This document shows positions 62,249 through 64,000 of a stretch of DNA of 64,000 nucleotides, piece after piece. Below the pieces are notes generated by a model. The model did no database searches. It was not told where the DNA came from and saw nothing but the letters and a program-made list of their open reading frames with translations. The translations under genes were made by a program, and so were the position numbers. The stretch's first letter is position 1; each line of letters begins with the position of its first letter. The stretch is from an uncultured Planctomycetaceae bacterium (lineage in GTDB: Bacteria; Planctomycetota; Planctomycetia; Isosphaerales; Isosphaeraceae), in the NCBI GenBank assembly GCA_963833985.1, contig CAWIAD010000001.1, positions 480,001 to 544,000 of the forward strand, read 5' to 3'.

Positions 62249-64000
62249 ATGCGGTGGGGCCTGGGACCTGTCTTCTGGTACGAATGCCTGACTGCCGCGC
62301 GGCGCTGGCAAACCTTCGTGTTGCGTTCAGGGGCGGTCGCGCTCTTGCTCTGCGCGATGAGCCTGATCGCGGTCTCGCATGTGTCCTCGTCCAATGACTC
62401 GTGGAACGAGTACGCGAGCCTGGGCGAGTCGTACTTCGTGGCCATGATCGGCGTGGAGCTGGCGCTGGTGATGCTGGCCGCGCCGGCGGCCACGGCCGGG
62501 GCGATCTGCCTGGACCGGGCGCGCGGCACCCTGGCGCACATGCTCGTGACCGACCTGTCGGACGCCGAGATCGTCCTGGGAAAGCTGGCCGCGCGGCTCT
62601 TGCCGGTGTTCGGCGTGGTCGCCTGCACCTGGCCGGTGCTGGCGATCAGCTCGCTGCTGGGCGGCATCGACCCGATCGCGCTCTCGCTGGCGCTGGGGGT
62701 CATTCTGGCGGTCGCCGTGCTCGGCTGCACTCTGGCCCTGGCGCTCTCGGTCTGGGTCAGGAAGACGCATGAAGCGATCCTGACCACGTATACCGTGTTC
62801 ATCATCGGCCTGCTGCTCTGGCCGGTCTGGTACACGCTTGGATGGGGCGGACGCGTGGCACCGCCGCCTGCCGGCACACCGCCGCGCTGGACGCTGCTGC
62901 TCAATCCGTTCTATCTGGCCTTCGCGCCTTATGCCGACCCGGGGAACGTGAGCCTCGTGGACTATCTCGGCTTCTTCGGCGTGTGCCTGGGAGCTTCCTT
63001 GCTCTTGACGGTGCTCGCCGTCTGGCGGACGCGGCCGGCGGCCTGCCGGGGTGAAGTCGAAGGAGGCAATCGGCGCGTTTTCGGCCTGCTCGGCCGGCTG
63101 GTACGCGTGCTCCCCGCTCCGTCTCTGGACGCGAGCCCGGTGCTGTGGCGCGAGTGGCATCGCACACGGCCGTCACGCTGGATGCTGGTGATCGTCGGTT
63201 TATTGATGGGAACCACCGCGGCGCTGTGCGTCATCGGGGCCATTGAGTTCTTGAGAGATGGAGCAAACCTGCATGCGACAGCCGTCTGGAAAGTGGTCGG
63301 CATCGCCGCCTGTGAGCTGCACATCGTCTTCGGCCTGCTCATGCTGGCGGTGATTGCGCCCTTGTCGATGGCCGAGGAACGGCAGCGCGGCAGCCTGGAC
63401 ATCCTGGCCGCCACCAGCCTTTCGACCCGGACGATTGTCATCGGTAAATGGCTGGGAACTTTTCGCCTGGCGTTCTTCATGACTCTTGCGCCGGGCCTCA
63501 TCCTGCTGGCCATGGCCACAACGCGAGGGGGCGGGGCTGTGTATGCCAGCATCAAGGGCATGCCTGTCCTCCATTACTGGCATGTTTCCCTGGCAGCCCG
63601 GCTGCTGGCCGTTCTGGTCGTTTTCGGGACCATCCTCGCCCATAGCGCACTGATCACGAGCATCGGCCTGGCCGCGGCCGTCTGGATCAAGCGGCAGAGC
63701 CGGGCGATCGGACTTTGCATCAGCATTTACGTGCTGATTGTCGGAGCGTGGCCGCTCGCGGTATCAGTCCTTTACCGCAACGGCCCGGACAACGGGCGCG
63801 TGCTCAGTTGCTTGAGCCCGGCCATCGTCTGCGGCGGTTATGTCAACCAACTCTCGCAGCGAACCTATGGCAACAGCGAGGGCTTGCTGGAGAGCAGCCT
63901 CTTCTGGGCACTCGAGGTCTCCCTCCTGGCGGCCGGACTGCTCTGGCTCCTGGTGCGCACCTTTGAAACCTGCTTCGACCGCATCCCCCGGCGGCCGCCC
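62249..64000 (+). CDS. ABC-2-type transporter permease with two similar halves, 3'-truncated
   Basis: Open from ATG 62249 to the window end (absent from the ORF track); GPVFWYE, DRARGTLAHMLVTDLS...LGKL and EERQRGSLDILAAT...GKW motifs. Confidence 0.85.
   Translation, partial: MRWGLGPVFWYECLTAARRWQTFVLRSGAVALLLCAMSLIAVSHVSSSNDSWNEYASLGESYFVAMIGVELALVMLAAPAATAGAICLDRARGTLAHMLVTDLSDAEIVLGKLAARLLPVFGVVACTWPVLAISSLLGGIDPIALSLALGVILAVAVLGCTLALALSVWVRKTHEAILTTYTVFIIGLLLWPVWYTLGWGGRVAPPPAGTPPRWTLLLNPFYLAFAPYADPGNVSLVDYLGFFGVCLGASLLLTVLAVWRTRPAACRGEVEGGNRRVFGLLGRLVRVLPAPSLDASPVLWREWHRTRPSRWMLVIVGLLMGTTAALCVIGAIEFLRDGANLHATAVWKVVGIAACELHIVFGLLMLAVIAPLSMAEERQRGSLDILAATSLSTRTIVIGKWLGTFRLAFFMTLAPGLILLAMATTRGGGAVYASIKGMPVLHYWHVSLAARLLAVLVVFGTILAHSALITSIGLAAAVWIKRQSRAIGLCISIYVLIVGAWPLAVSVLYRNGPDNGRVLSCLSPAIVCGGYVNQLSQRTYGNSEGLLESSLFWALEVSLLAAGLLWLLVRTFETCFDRIPRRPP

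Overview
GC-rich bacterial DNA, most likely Planctomycetota (inferred from DUF4058-like, ASPIC/UnbV, Uma2 and purF-type genes). Housekeeping genes are gcvT-H-PA-PB, fabZ-like, trmB, purF, proB, tatC, hom and apgM. Accessory content is: the 3' part of a giant secreted protein; a YehL/M/P/Q-like AAA-vWA-SWIM operon with a DUF4132 gene; a pentaheme cytochrome c/TPR plus FG-GAP lipoprotein operon behind a promoter and a small 'RLDRPPR' leader ORF; and a PadR-cytochrome-RND efflux operon. The mobile and repeat layer is dense. A RAYT transposase sits between two similar REP arrays. Two 2244-bp IS1634-family copies are present, one inside a REP and one inside an IS4 element. That IS4 element is flanked by an inverted duplication of REP sequence. 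A covarying double-hairpin repeat cluster lies next to an 'ANRRNA-STGP' family ORF whose tail is made of REP-containing 291-bp repeats. About ten small frameshifts in otherwise intact genes look like sequencing errors. All family assignments come from motif recognition by eye; no searches were run.
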